From assembly GCF_001194135.2 (NCBI RefSeq), contig NC_068991.1, positions 64,109,190-64,172,876 on the forward strand: 63,687 nucleotides of DNA. Reading direction: 5' to 3'. How positions within the stretch are numbered: the stretch's first letter is position 1; each line of letters starts with the position of its first letter. Made by a program: the position numbers and the translations under genes. Below are positions 1 through 11,576 of this stretch, in pieces. The notes below the pieces were generated by a model. That model saw only the letters and a program-made list of their open reading frames with translations, searched no databases and had not been told where the DNA came from. The DNA comes from Octopus bimaculoides. Lineage: Eukaryota.

Positions 1-90
1 TGTATAAATATATATATATATATATATACATAGGCCGTTCTCTGTCGTTACTTCTCTTTAGTACTGAACGTAACTATAATGGAGGTAGTC

Positions 91-165
<75 letters not shown>

Positions 166-192
166 AAAGTAGTAGTAGTTGATGTTGTTGTA
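91..192. repeat. Compound trinucleotide microsatellite (GCA)n-(GTA)n-(GTT)n
   Basis: Directly visible tandem runs. They explain the poly-Y/poly-C ORF 58..240. Confidence 0.95.
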
Positions 193-395
193 GTTAACAT
201 TCATCATCCGTAGTTGAATTGAATTTCTTGAACATAACAATAAAGATGTGGAGCGTGATAATGTTTATGCATAAATGTTAAGGTTTATTGTTAAAACGCA
301 ATAATTTATCTCCCTCTCTCCCTACAGCTACCCTCTCTTCCTTCTTCTCTTCATCCCTCTATCCAACTCGCTTACCCCGCCTTTCACTAGTACAT

Positions 396-437
<42 letters not shown>

Positions 438-873
438 GCATACATTTCTGATATATACGATTATATATATCTGAAAATGCCTTATATATATATATATATA
501 TATTATTAAAATAATTATTTTATGCATAAATATATATTTTATAGAATTTCTATCTATCTATCTATCTATCTATATATATATATAATCATAAATATATAGG
601 GATTGACAGTAACCTGCTTCTCCAACATACTAAGAATTCAGAAATAGCAGTCAAAGAACTACTGATTTCAAAACTACAAATTATTACTCTAGATTGATAG
701 CGATATTTCTGATACACACAGAACAAAAAACAGTAGAGAAGAGCAAAAAAAAAACACTTGCCTTTAGTTAATTTAGTACGATCGTTTCACAGTTAAGAGT
801 AAATAATACTCTATTCTGATCTTCAGCTAAATATTCTAATAAATTTGTTAATGTCTAAATAACTCACGTTAAT

Positions 874-1625
874 NNNNNNNNNNNNNNNNNNNNNNNNNNN
901 NNNNNNNNNNNNNNNNNNNNNNNNNNNNNNNNNNNNNNNNNNNNNNNNNNNNNNNNNNNNNNNNNNNNNNNNNNNNNNNNNNNNNNNNNNNNNNNNNNNN
1001 NNNNNNNNNNNNNNNNNNNNNNNNNNNNNNNNNNNNNNNNNNNNNNNNNNNNNNNNNNNNNNNNNNNNNNNNNNNNNNNNNNNNNNNNNNNNNNNNNNNN
1101 NNNNNNNNNNNNNNNNNNNNNNNNNNNNNNNNNNNNNNNNNNNNNNNNNNNNNNNNNNNNNNNNNNNNNNNNNNNNNNNNNNNNNNNNNNNNNNNNNNNN
1201 NNNNNNNNNNNNNNNNNNNNNNNNNNNNNNNNNNNNNNNNNNNNNNNNNNNNNNNNNNNNNNNNNNNNNNNNNNNNNNNNNNNNNNNNNNNNNNNNNNNN
1301 NNNNNNNNNNNNNNNNNNNNNNNNNNNNNNNNNNNNNNNNNNNNNNNNNNNNNNNNNNNNNNNNNNNNNNNNNNNNNNNNNNNNNNNNNNNNNNNNNNNN
1401 NNNNNNNNNNNNNNNNNNNNNNNNNNNNNNNNNNNNNNNNNNNNNNNNNNNNNNNNNNNNNNNNNNNNNNNNNNNNNNNNNNNNNNNNNNNNNNNNNNNN
1501 NNNNNNNNNNNNNNNNNNNNNNNNNNNNNNNNNNNNNNNNNNNNNNNNNNNNNNNNNNNNNNNNNNNNNNNNNNNNNNNNNNNNNNNNNNNNNNNNNNNN
1601 NNNNNNNNNNNNNNNNNNNNNNNNN
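874..1625. other. Assembly gap (one of about 20 N runs, most flanked by microsatellites)
   Basis: N run. Other large gaps: 10683-11576, 16817-17380, 21760-22062, 31214-31675, 40731-41318, 45693-46023, 57230-57565. Confidence 0.99.
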
Positions 1626-1679
<54 letters not shown>

Positions 1680-2322
1680 GCATAAATGCAAATATATTTA
1701 TATACACACACACACACTCAAACACTCACCCACACACACGCCATTTATATGTGTTATATGTATGTTCGAACCACGCGATCAGTTCTTCAAAGATGTCAGT
1801 CTTCTCTCATTTTCCATGTGCGTTTTGTCTTTTCAGCGGGCAGGATGCGTTAGCATACCCCGACGAAGTCACCATGATGACAAAACAACAATATTTATCA
1901 AGGCAGTTGCATCATACTTCGAAGTGCGATATCTTGATAAACACTGGCATCACCCAGAATAAATGGTAGTGTAGCTTGGACACGATATTTTATGGGTCGA
2001 AACATTTCCCTCTGAATTAGTTTGCAAGCAAGGATCTTCAGAACATCTGGACTAAGTAACTGTAGAACATAAATGAAAAAGAATATTAACTGTTTTGCTT
2101 CTTTTTAGGGAAGAACAAAGAATTCAAAACAAGACATTTCGTTTTGTGTGATTAAGAAACTCGCTTTGCAATCATGTGATTTCGTTGTTCAGTAGGGCTC
2201 AGTCCCACCGGATGACACCTTGGTCTTCTACGATAGCTTCGGGTCTACCAATACCTTGCGCTTGAATTTGGTTGACACAAACTGTGTGGAAGCTGGCGAG
2301 CTGGTGAGAAACTGTGTGGAAG

Positions 2323-2552
2323 CGGCGAGCTGGCAGAAACGTTACCCCGCCGGGCGAAATGCTTAGCAGTATTTCGTCTGTCGTTACGTTCTGAGCTCAA
2401 ATTCCGCCGAGGTCGACTTTGCCTTTCATCCTTTCGGGGTCGATAAATTAAGTACCAGTTACGCACTGGGGTCGATGTAATCGACTTCGTCCCTTTGTCT
2501 GTCCTTGTTTGTCCCCTCTATATTTAGCCCCTTATGGGCAATAAAGAAATAG
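2323..2552 (+). mobile_element. tRNA-derived SINE, family A (GGCGAGCTGGCAGAA head), full length with TSD
   Basis: B-box-like GAGCTCAAATTCC and tail GGGCAATAAAGAAATA. The 15-bp direct repeat GAAACTGTGTGGAAG occurs at 2308-2322 and 2553-2567. Many related copies in the window. Confidence 0.85.
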
Positions 2553-2619
2553 GAAACTGTGTGGAAGGCTGTCATATACATACTTATACATATGTGTCTG
2601 TGTGTGTGTCTGTGTGCAA

Positions 2620-2812
2620 GCATGCGTCTGTTATCCTTCCATCATCGCGCTCGACAATTGGTGTTGGCTTGTTTACGTCCTCGTAACTTAACAGAAAAAG
2701 AGACCAATAGAGTAAATGCCAAACAGAAATAGTACTGGAGTCTATCTTTACGATTAAAATCATTGAAGACGGTCTTCCAGTATGGTTGCAGTCTAATGAC
2801 TGAAAGAAATCA
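2620..2812 (+). mobile_element. SINE family B, decayed 3' half
   Basis: Aligns by eye to 5720-5910 (TGTTTACGTCCTCGTAACTTA ... CCAGTATGGTTGCAGTCTAATGACTGAAA). Confidence 0.65.
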
Positions 2813-3890
2813 ACGATAAAAGACAAACCAAAGATTGAACCAAAAGTGGACTAGCAACTGCCATGCTGTGGAGTTGGCATGATAAGCTCCATTTACATAA
2901 CTAATATTGAAAAGCAAATTCGAATGAAGAAATAAACGCAGTACTCACCAAAAATAAATGAATGAATAAATTAAATAAGTAAATACATAAATGCGTAACA
3001 TCGGTTGAGAAACACAAAATTTAAAGCTGAGTTGGAAGGATTTCCTATTTCAATAGCAATAGAAACTTCGGAAATATATATAATAAAGCAGGTATAATAA
3101 AACAGACATGAAAGAATAAATACAGTATATGTGTAAGTTACTATGAACAATCAATAATATTCATTCTGTTTGACCAATATTAGCCAAAACAGAATATATA
3201 AACAGTTACATTCTGAATATTATAATAGTGGTATTATTATCATATACAAAGAAAATATTAGATAAGGTACAACATAAAAAAGATTTTAGAGAATGAGAAA
3301 GTGACCAAATTTTAATAACAATAACTAGTGTTCCGGTCACTAACAATGTTTTCACCCCATCAAGTTGTGAATGCTCCAGGAAGACGGAAGGTTAAGAGGT
3401 GTAGCCGATTGTCCAGGACAAAGGAAATAAAGCAAAAATAAGTAAACACAAGCAGAAAGTAAGAAATACAAAAGAAAAAGCTTGTCTTTTTTTCAGGGGT
3501 TGTATGAAATTTACACGCATTCCATTAACGAACAAAGGACTAAATGGCGATTTGTACGAACAGAAGGAATATGGTAGAAAATTACGTGTAGACTGAGAAG
3601 GCGGTTGGCCTCTGTGCGGAATATTTAAGCGAAGTGTTAATAAGAACAAATTTAAGAGTGTAAAATGTTATAGCTTAACAACGAGGACGACGTGGGATTT
3701 TCTCACTCACTCTGACACATGAGCAGCTCACGGGCAGCTTCGAAGCTGAACAGATATATACATACATATATATATATATATATATTCATTCATACATACA
3801 TACATATATATACATATATACATTTATATATATATATATATATATATACACATACATACATATATATATACACATACACACACACACACC

Positions 3891-3939
<49 letters not shown>

Positions 3940-4096
3940 CTTATATGTTTAAATAAATATATCATCTCAAATATTGTGTGACACCCTTTCCTGTCGCCGA
4001 GGTCGACTTCGGCTTTCATAATATTGTGGTCGATAAAATAAATACTAGTCAAGTACTGGGGTCAATACAATCGATTTCATCAACCACTCTGTTGTG

Positions 4097-4131
<35 letters not shown>

Positions 4132-5535
4132 TATTATTATAGACGTCGTACAATATACAATATCGTGAGGTTGTTGATTGAAAATATTGTGTTTACCGGG
4201 GGTTTGTACTGTTTGTCAGGTCACAACAAGGACCTCACCCAGACAGTACTTGACGCAATAAGCGTGCAGTTCCAAGTAATGCCGACTTTGGCAATACACC
4301 TATATTGTAGGGTATTTCTAAAGTTTTCAGATGTTTTTTTTCAGATTGGGTAGTATTGACCCCATTGCTTCGATGACAATATGGGTAACCTTTATGTTTG
4401 ACTCTCGTAGCTGCCACATCTTAGCAATCTCAATTCTCGTGTGGTGCAAGTGCACAGACGTGAAATCGCCGACAAAAATTCCGTGCTACTTTCATACCGA
4501 TCTTTTCGGAGTCGATAAAATAAGGTGCCAGTAAAGGACCGGAGTCAGTTTATTCGTCAACGCCCGCTCTAAATTTCAACATTTGTACGTATGTTATATA
4601 CAAATATTATTATCATTATTTTACCTTTATTAATATTACTGCTGATTTTTCACTGCACAAGCAAATGTAGCTCCATGTGCTTTCGCTTTTGCCCATATCA
4701 CTGAATGTACTTTCACCAATATAATGCGCAGAACCTGCTTGCTGTCATTGTCTGTACGTTATATTTATAAGCAAAACCATTTTCCTTTTCCTGTATATTC
4801 TTTTTCTTTTTTTTTCTACTTTTTTAACTGAACCATTTGTCTGCATCTCTTTCTCTCCTGTCTTTATAAACCACCGCATTCCAAAATTTGGTCAGTTCGT
4901 CATTCTCCGAAGTCTTTTATGTTGGAGTTTTTTTCTACTTTCTTTTCTTTACATATAACCATAAAACCGACAATTTTCAATGTGTGTAACATCTGACTTA
5001 GTCATGACTGTTTATTTATTCCATTTTGGCTAAGACTGGTCAACCAGAAACAATATTATTTATTGATCTTCACAGCTTCCACCACATATTCTGCTGTTAC
5101 TCTTTCAAATCTACCTTATTATATATTCTTCGTAGCTTCTACTGCTGAAAGAAATGAACAAAACCAAGTCTCAGCTTTGGATCCTGCACTTTCAGCCATT
5201 GCTAAATATTGTTGTTCATTTTCTATCCCCTTTCTAGTTTGGTTTCTTTTGAAAAATATTAGCTACGTAAGAGCTTTTCTTGTCATCGTCTTAGCATGAC
5301 AGCTGATAGACTAGCTTTAATTTAGTTTTTTTTTGTGTGGTTATTTCTTTAAATACATTCTGTTTATGCTTGTTTCTAAGTAAGAATATTTCTCTCTGTT
5401 TCTTTTTTCGTTGTTCGTGTTTCGTAAAAAGCATAGCTGTATGGTTAAGCGGCTCTCTTTGTATCCATGGGGTTTTGGGTCCAGTACCACTCTGTAGGTA
5501 CCACTCTGTAGGTACCATATATATATATATATGCT

Positions 5536-5666
5536 TATCAACCACATGGTTCCGGGTTCAGTCCCATTGCGTGGCACCTAGTGCAAGTGTCTTCTACTAT
5601 AGCCTCGGGCCGACCAAAGCCTTGTGAGTGGATTTGGTAGACGGAAGCTGAAAGAAGCCTGTCGTA

Positions 5667-5710
<44 letters not shown>

Positions 5711-5930
5711 TTGTGTGTCTCTGTTTGTCCCCCCAACATCGCTTGACAACCGATGCTGGTGTGTTTACGTCCCCGTAACTTAGCGGTTCGGCTAAAGGGA
5801 CCGATAGAATAAGTACTAGGCTTCCAAAGAATAAGTCCTGGGGTCGATTAGCTCGACTAAAAAGACGGTGCTCCAGCATGGCCACAGTCAAATGACTGAA
5901 ACAAGTAAAATAGTAAAAGAGTAAAGAGTA
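5536..5930 (+). mobile_element. SINE family B (tRNA-like head, internal (TA)n/(TG)n tract, GAGTAAAA-type tail)
   Basis: Head contains GGTTCCGGGTTCAGTCCC (B-box-like). Body GGATTTGGTAGACGGAA, tail CCAGCATGGCCACAGTCAAATGACTGAAACAAGTAAAA. Homologous copies at 20503, 30918, 31993, 50380. Confidence 0.85.
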
Positions 5931-6794
5931 TATGTATATATGTATGTGTGCGTGTATGTGTACAGCTCTTTTACTCTATCTTTCAGTCCCCTTCATACTT
6001 TGTTCCTCTTTTCTTTTTCTCACTCCACCTCTCTCTTACATTTCTTGCCCCTCTGTTTCTTTAACTCCCACTTTTCCTTCTCATTTATCTCTCTTGTACC
6101 TTCCCCTCTGTCACTGAACTGGGGTTTTTTCTAATCCTTCAATCCCGCTGTACCCAACCCTCTCTCATCCTTCCACATAACCGGTGTCCAGCCAGCCATG
6201 ATCTTTCTTGTTAGGCCTGACTGTCAAACGCCAACACCCCTCATGTCCGTCTCCTATGTTCCTGCCTTTAGGCTTTCACTTCGTACACTCCAGCTCAATT
6301 TGATTCGTTCTCAGTCGAAAGACACCTCTTGTTATATTCTTGTTGTTTGTATTTGTAACTGTGTAGCATGTTCTCCCTTTTTCCTTTTGTTTTTGTTGCC
6401 ATACACATTCACTAGCTTTCTTACCAAAAAGTCTAATGCTCTTAGCTTAGACTTTTTTGCGGGGGGCAACAAGATTGATCTATCTCAAGTGTAACTGTCC
6501 GAATCAGTAAGGACTTCTGGTAACTTGACCGAGGAAAGAAGGCCACGAATGACCCGTCTTTCTTTTCCTGTCCTTCTAATTGTTGTTTCTCCTGTCCGCC
6601 TTTGTATTGTCTGTCTGTCCGAATGTTTTATTGTCCTCTATTGCGTTTTTGTTCCATATATATNNNNNNNNNNNNNNNNNNNNNNNNNNNNNNNNNNNNN
6701 NNNNNNNNNNNNNNNNNNNNNNNNNNNNNNNNNNNNNNNNNNNNNNNNNNNNNNNNNNNNNNNNNNNNNNNNNNNNNNNNNNNNNNNNNNNNNN

Positions 6795-6825
<31 letters not shown>

Positions 6826-8671
6826 CGCACACAACCAACAGCGACCAACCGTGAAAGAGAGAGTGGAGAGAGTGTGTGTGAGAGAGAGACAGAGAGAGAG
6901 ATAACTGTACGGACACATTCTACGTGAGTTTGTCTAAGTCTCTATATATCTAAAAAAAAAATAGTGGGCGTTAATGCCGTGGTTTGATGCAAAAAATTAA
7001 GTCAACGTAAATATAATATGCCAACAGTTAACCCCATTTTTGTCAGGCACGAATTAGACTAATTCCTACCGAAAAGAAAAGAGAAGAGCAATTTTCACAA
7101 GTAATGACACCTGATCTTTAGTTCCTTGATTTTTTAAGTATATCATTCTATTCATTTGGTGACTTTGTTTGGTCCCTAATATGCCTAGCACTCATGAAAA
7201 TATTTACGGCGTGAAAAAAGTGAAATAATGTAACAATAAAGAGGATAGCTGACACAAAATCTTCCCTCGACATTCCCTCTCTTTCTATCGTTATGACATA
7301 GATTCTGTATATAAAATTAGTAGGAAAAGAAATACAGAAATGTTACTTAACAAGTTTGATCTAGGTTTTCTTTTGTTATTTTTATGATTAACTTACTAAA
7401 TGAACGCGCAGAAAAAAAAAATGATTATTTTAATATTTGGCGTTTAATATATTCCATCTTCCCCACACATAATGTAACGTCTTCCTTTCCCACGCTAGGG
7501 AATTAATTATCATGCAGCGAGAAGAACTGTAATTGCTTGCCTTTCGACTATTTGTTCAGTAACGCATGGAACAAAATTTTTATATATGAAATAAATATAG
7601 GCCGTACTTTGGCATTAATGATTGTTTTATTTCTGGATTCAGAGTATATTTCATGCTCATTTGTAAGGAGAAAACGATATGTGTGTGTGTATTTACGTGT
7701 GTATATAAATAAATTTACGTATACATGTGTATATGTATATGTTGCATATGTAAGCGTATATATATGCACATATATATGCATATATTTATGCATTTATATA
7801 TANNNNNNNNNNNNNNNNNNNNNNNNNNNNNNNNNNNNNNNNNNNNNNNNNNNNNNNNNNNNNNNNNNNNNNNNNNNNNNNNNNNNNNNNNNNNNNNNNN
7901 NNNNNNNNNNNNNNNNNNNNNNNNNNNNNNNNNNNNNNNNNNNNNNNNNNNNNNNNNNNNNNNNNNNNNNNNNNNNNNNNNNNATATATATATATATATA
8001 TATACACATATATATATGCATGTACATATCAATCTATTTTTAAATATTTAAAAGTTCAGTTTGCATCTATTTCCAAATTACTAAAGATACATTCGTTAAA
8101 ACTCTTTTAGAGAATTGTGCCCTAGGAATGAATCTGTTCGCAAGCAAGCATCATATTTAATGCAAATTTGTCTCAATATCTAAATATCTACAGAAATACG
8201 TAACATGGTCGACCAAGATACAAGGTGAAAATGATTCCATTGCCGAGTAAGAGCCACTTCATTTTAGACTGAGACATGGCCGTGTGGTTGAGAGTTCCGT
8301 GTGCAAACACATGGTTCTGGATCTGTTTTATCTACTATGGTTTGTAGTTCCCCCAAACCATGTGCGGAATCCCTTCTGTTGGACACTAAACGTTCCCTCA
8401 CAACTATGAAATGTTGTGGCAGAGCCATTTAGGCGCTGCTGATTCAATGCTGACTTATTTGACATCAGACGTTGTAAAGTTTCTCTTGTTCTCTCTCTCA
8501 TCCTTCTTTCTTTCTCTCGTTTTCTAAGTATATGTGCGTGAACATATTTCCCGTCTTGCGTATTGAAGATAATGGAAGTATCTATGTCAAGTGTTCAATA
8601 AATATATTGCAATCTCTCTCTCACACTCTCCACCTTCTTTTTCTCATTATATCTGTATGCGTATATTTCAG

Positions 8672-8744
8672 CACGTCTGCGTGTGTGTGCATGTAAGATC
8701 GACTCCAGTGCCAAAACGCATTGCCGCAAAAACAAGCTGAATGT

Positions 8745-8775
<31 letters not shown>

Positions 8776-8806
8776 NNNNNNNNNNNNNNNNNNNNNNNNN
8801 NNNCCA

Positions 8807-8848
<42 letters not shown>

Positions 8849-8973
8849 CAGCTAGCCAGTCAGCCAGCCAGCCAGCCACCCATACTACATCGCCAGTGTC
8901 CAAACAGCCACAGTTCATCGTCTCTTCTGTTCCGCCACTAAACAAAGAGGCTCGTCGGATATCATGGGCAATG
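8672..8973 (+). other. Candidate 5' exon ending in ATG codons
   Basis: TTTCAG acceptor ends at 8671. The exon ends ...ATCATGGGCAATG|GTAAGC, with ATGs at 8964 (ATC ATG G context) and 8971 (directly before the donor). It contains a (CCAG)n tract, which suggests UTR. No transcript evidence. Confidence 0.35.
8746..8878. repeat. (CCAG)n tetranucleotide microsatellite
   Basis: Visible CCAGCCAG runs spanning a small gap. Confidence 0.95.
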
Positions 8974-10069
8974 GTAAGCAATCTGTGGCTAAACCATAAC
9001 AAAGAAACTTGTATCTATACTGTTAGTGTTTAAATAGCGTCGTCAGAAGGCTGGAAGAAGTGGGGATGGAACTAAGACACATGAGATGCTACAGTAAAAA
9101 AAACAAAGTCCAAAACCAAACAGCTGTAACAAAAACTGCAGCAGCCACAACATCAGTAGCAGCAGCTGCAGAAGTGCATCAGATTATCAAGAGAGTTTCA
9201 TACCAGATACTTGGACATTACTATAAACAGAAAGGCAAGAATAGATGTGTAGATGTGTTCGCATACTTTAGTAGTTGCCATCTCTTGGGGGGCGCTTATG
9301 ATATTTTCAAAAGTGAAGGTTACATGATTTAGACATATTTTCTATCAAGCGGATACATATGATTCTGTTGTAAATAGTACTTCACCAAGAATTATAAAAT
9401 CAATCGAATGTTACGATGCTATGATTATCTCAAGATCGTATTTTGCATCTTACATTACATTTTGTTGTTATTCATCAAATTGAAAACATCAATAACGTTT
9501 CGCGGAAAGCACTGCTTGTTTCGAGAATTTGACAAGATATTATTTGAATAATTGTCTTCGAGGCAAAGCGTGAAGTTGTTTTACTTAGACGCGTATATCT
9601 TTAGAGGCAGAGATTAAAAAGAAAAAAAATAACAAAAGGCAAAAACATAAAGAGAATGTTGAAGGTTATGACATTCATATGTTTATCAGAATAACAAATG
9701 TTTGCCGAAGGAAGATGTATTATTCACAACACGAGCAAACCGAATATTTCGAAAGTACTTTGAGTAAATTTATGTCAGAGATAAAGCATTGGCGCAACTG
9801 TTATAGGTTAAGGCAAGTTTCAGTCTTATATACATATATTATATATCTGTGATAGCTTGCCATCGGAAGAAATATAAAGCATCACCATTTTCAAGAACTA
9901 TAAATAAAATAGATTATGAAAGTAAAAGAAAATCCCCCGTATCGATTCCAAAAGTCTCAAGATGCTGCAATAGTGTCCTGTTATGGCACCACACACATTC
10001 AGTGCCAAATATCTGCCGAGAGACTGCCCATAAAGGTTTTATTACTATTGAGTTGCGTTCACTGTATAC

Positions 10070-10100
<31 letters not shown>

Positions 10101-10377
10101 GCACGCACACACATACACACACACACACACACACGCACACACACACATGCGCACGCGCACTCAAACAGAAACACGCATTCGTACAAATATCTTTCGTGCT
10201 TGCATGTATGCGTATGTATTTGTGGTTTTATGTGTGTAGTGTGCGTGTATATATTTATCTTACATGTACGTATATGCAAATACATATTATTATTTACACG
10301 TTCTTTTGTGCATTCATATGCAAGTATATGCGTATATAAGTACATATATATATTTATATGTACATATATGCATACGC

Positions 10378-10422
<45 letters not shown>

Positions 10423-10633
10423 TATATACATATACATATATGTAAATATGGATATACATATTTATATCTATATCTATATCTATATATATATATTAAACAT
10501 CTATATTACGTGTGTGTATATATATATACGTGTGCGTTTGTCTGTGTGTGTGAATGCGTGTGACAGAGAGAAAGATATGGTGTATATTTATATGTAAGTA
10601 AATGTATGTATAATCTAGTAGTACTTTCGAGTG

Positions 10634-10682
<49 letters not shown>

Positions 10683-11576
10683 NNNNNNNNNNNNNNNNNN
10701 NNNNNNNNNNNNNNNNNNNNNNNNNNNNNNNNNNNNNNNNNNNNNNNNNNNNNNNNNNNNNNNNNNNNNNNNNNNNNNNNNNNNNNNNNNNNNNNNNNNN
10801 NNNNNNNNNNNNNNNNNNNNNNNNNNNNNNNNNNNNNNNNNNNNNNNNNNNNNNNNNNNNNNNNNNNNNNNNNNNNNNNNNNNNNNNNNNNNNNNNNNNN
10901 NNNNNNNNNNNNNNNNNNNNNNNNNNNNNNNNNNNNNNNNNNNNNNNNNNNNNNNNNNNNNNNNNNNNNNNNNNNNNNNNNNNNNNNNNNNNNNNNNNNN
11001 NNNNNNNNNNNNNNNNNNNNNNNNNNNNNNNNNNNNNNNNNNNNNNNNNNNNNNNNNNNNNNNNNNNNNNNNNNNNNNNNNNNNNNNNNNNNNNNNNNNN
11101 NNNNNNNNNNNNNNNNNNNNNNNNNNNNNNNNNNNNNNNNNNNNNNNNNNNNNNNNNNNNNNNNNNNNNNNNNNNNNNNNNNNNNNNNNNNNNNNNNNNN
11201 NNNNNNNNNNNNNNNNNNNNNNNNNNNNNNNNNNNNNNNNNNNNNNNNNNNNNNNNNNNNNNNNNNNNNNNNNNNNNNNNNNNNNNNNNNNNNNNNNNNN
11301 NNNNNNNNNNNNNNNNNNNNNNNNNNNNNNNNNNNNNNNNNNNNNNNNNNNNNNNNNNNNNNNNNNNNNNNNNNNNNNNNNNNNNNNNNNNNNNNNNNNN
11401 NNNNNNNNNNNNNNNNNNNNNNNNNNNNNNNNNNNNNNNNNNNNNNNNNNNNNNNNNNNNNNNNNNNNNNNNNNNNNNNNNNNNNNNNNNNNNNNNNNNN
11501 NNNNNNNNNNNNNNNNNNNNNNNNNNNNNNNNNNNNNNNNNNNNNNNNNNNNNNNNNNNNNNNNNNNNNNNNNNNN

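Noticed and set aside
2760-2830. Minus-strand exon with a strong TTTCAG acceptor
   Set aside because: The acceptor-like sequence is the family B SINE tail.
4680-5330. Minus-strand HYIGES (GIY-YIG-like) string
   Set aside because: A single short motif among many stops; not enough to call an element.
9060-9332. 90-aa ORF MGMELRHMRC...
   Set aside because: GTG start, low-complexity GCA runs and no recognisable domain.
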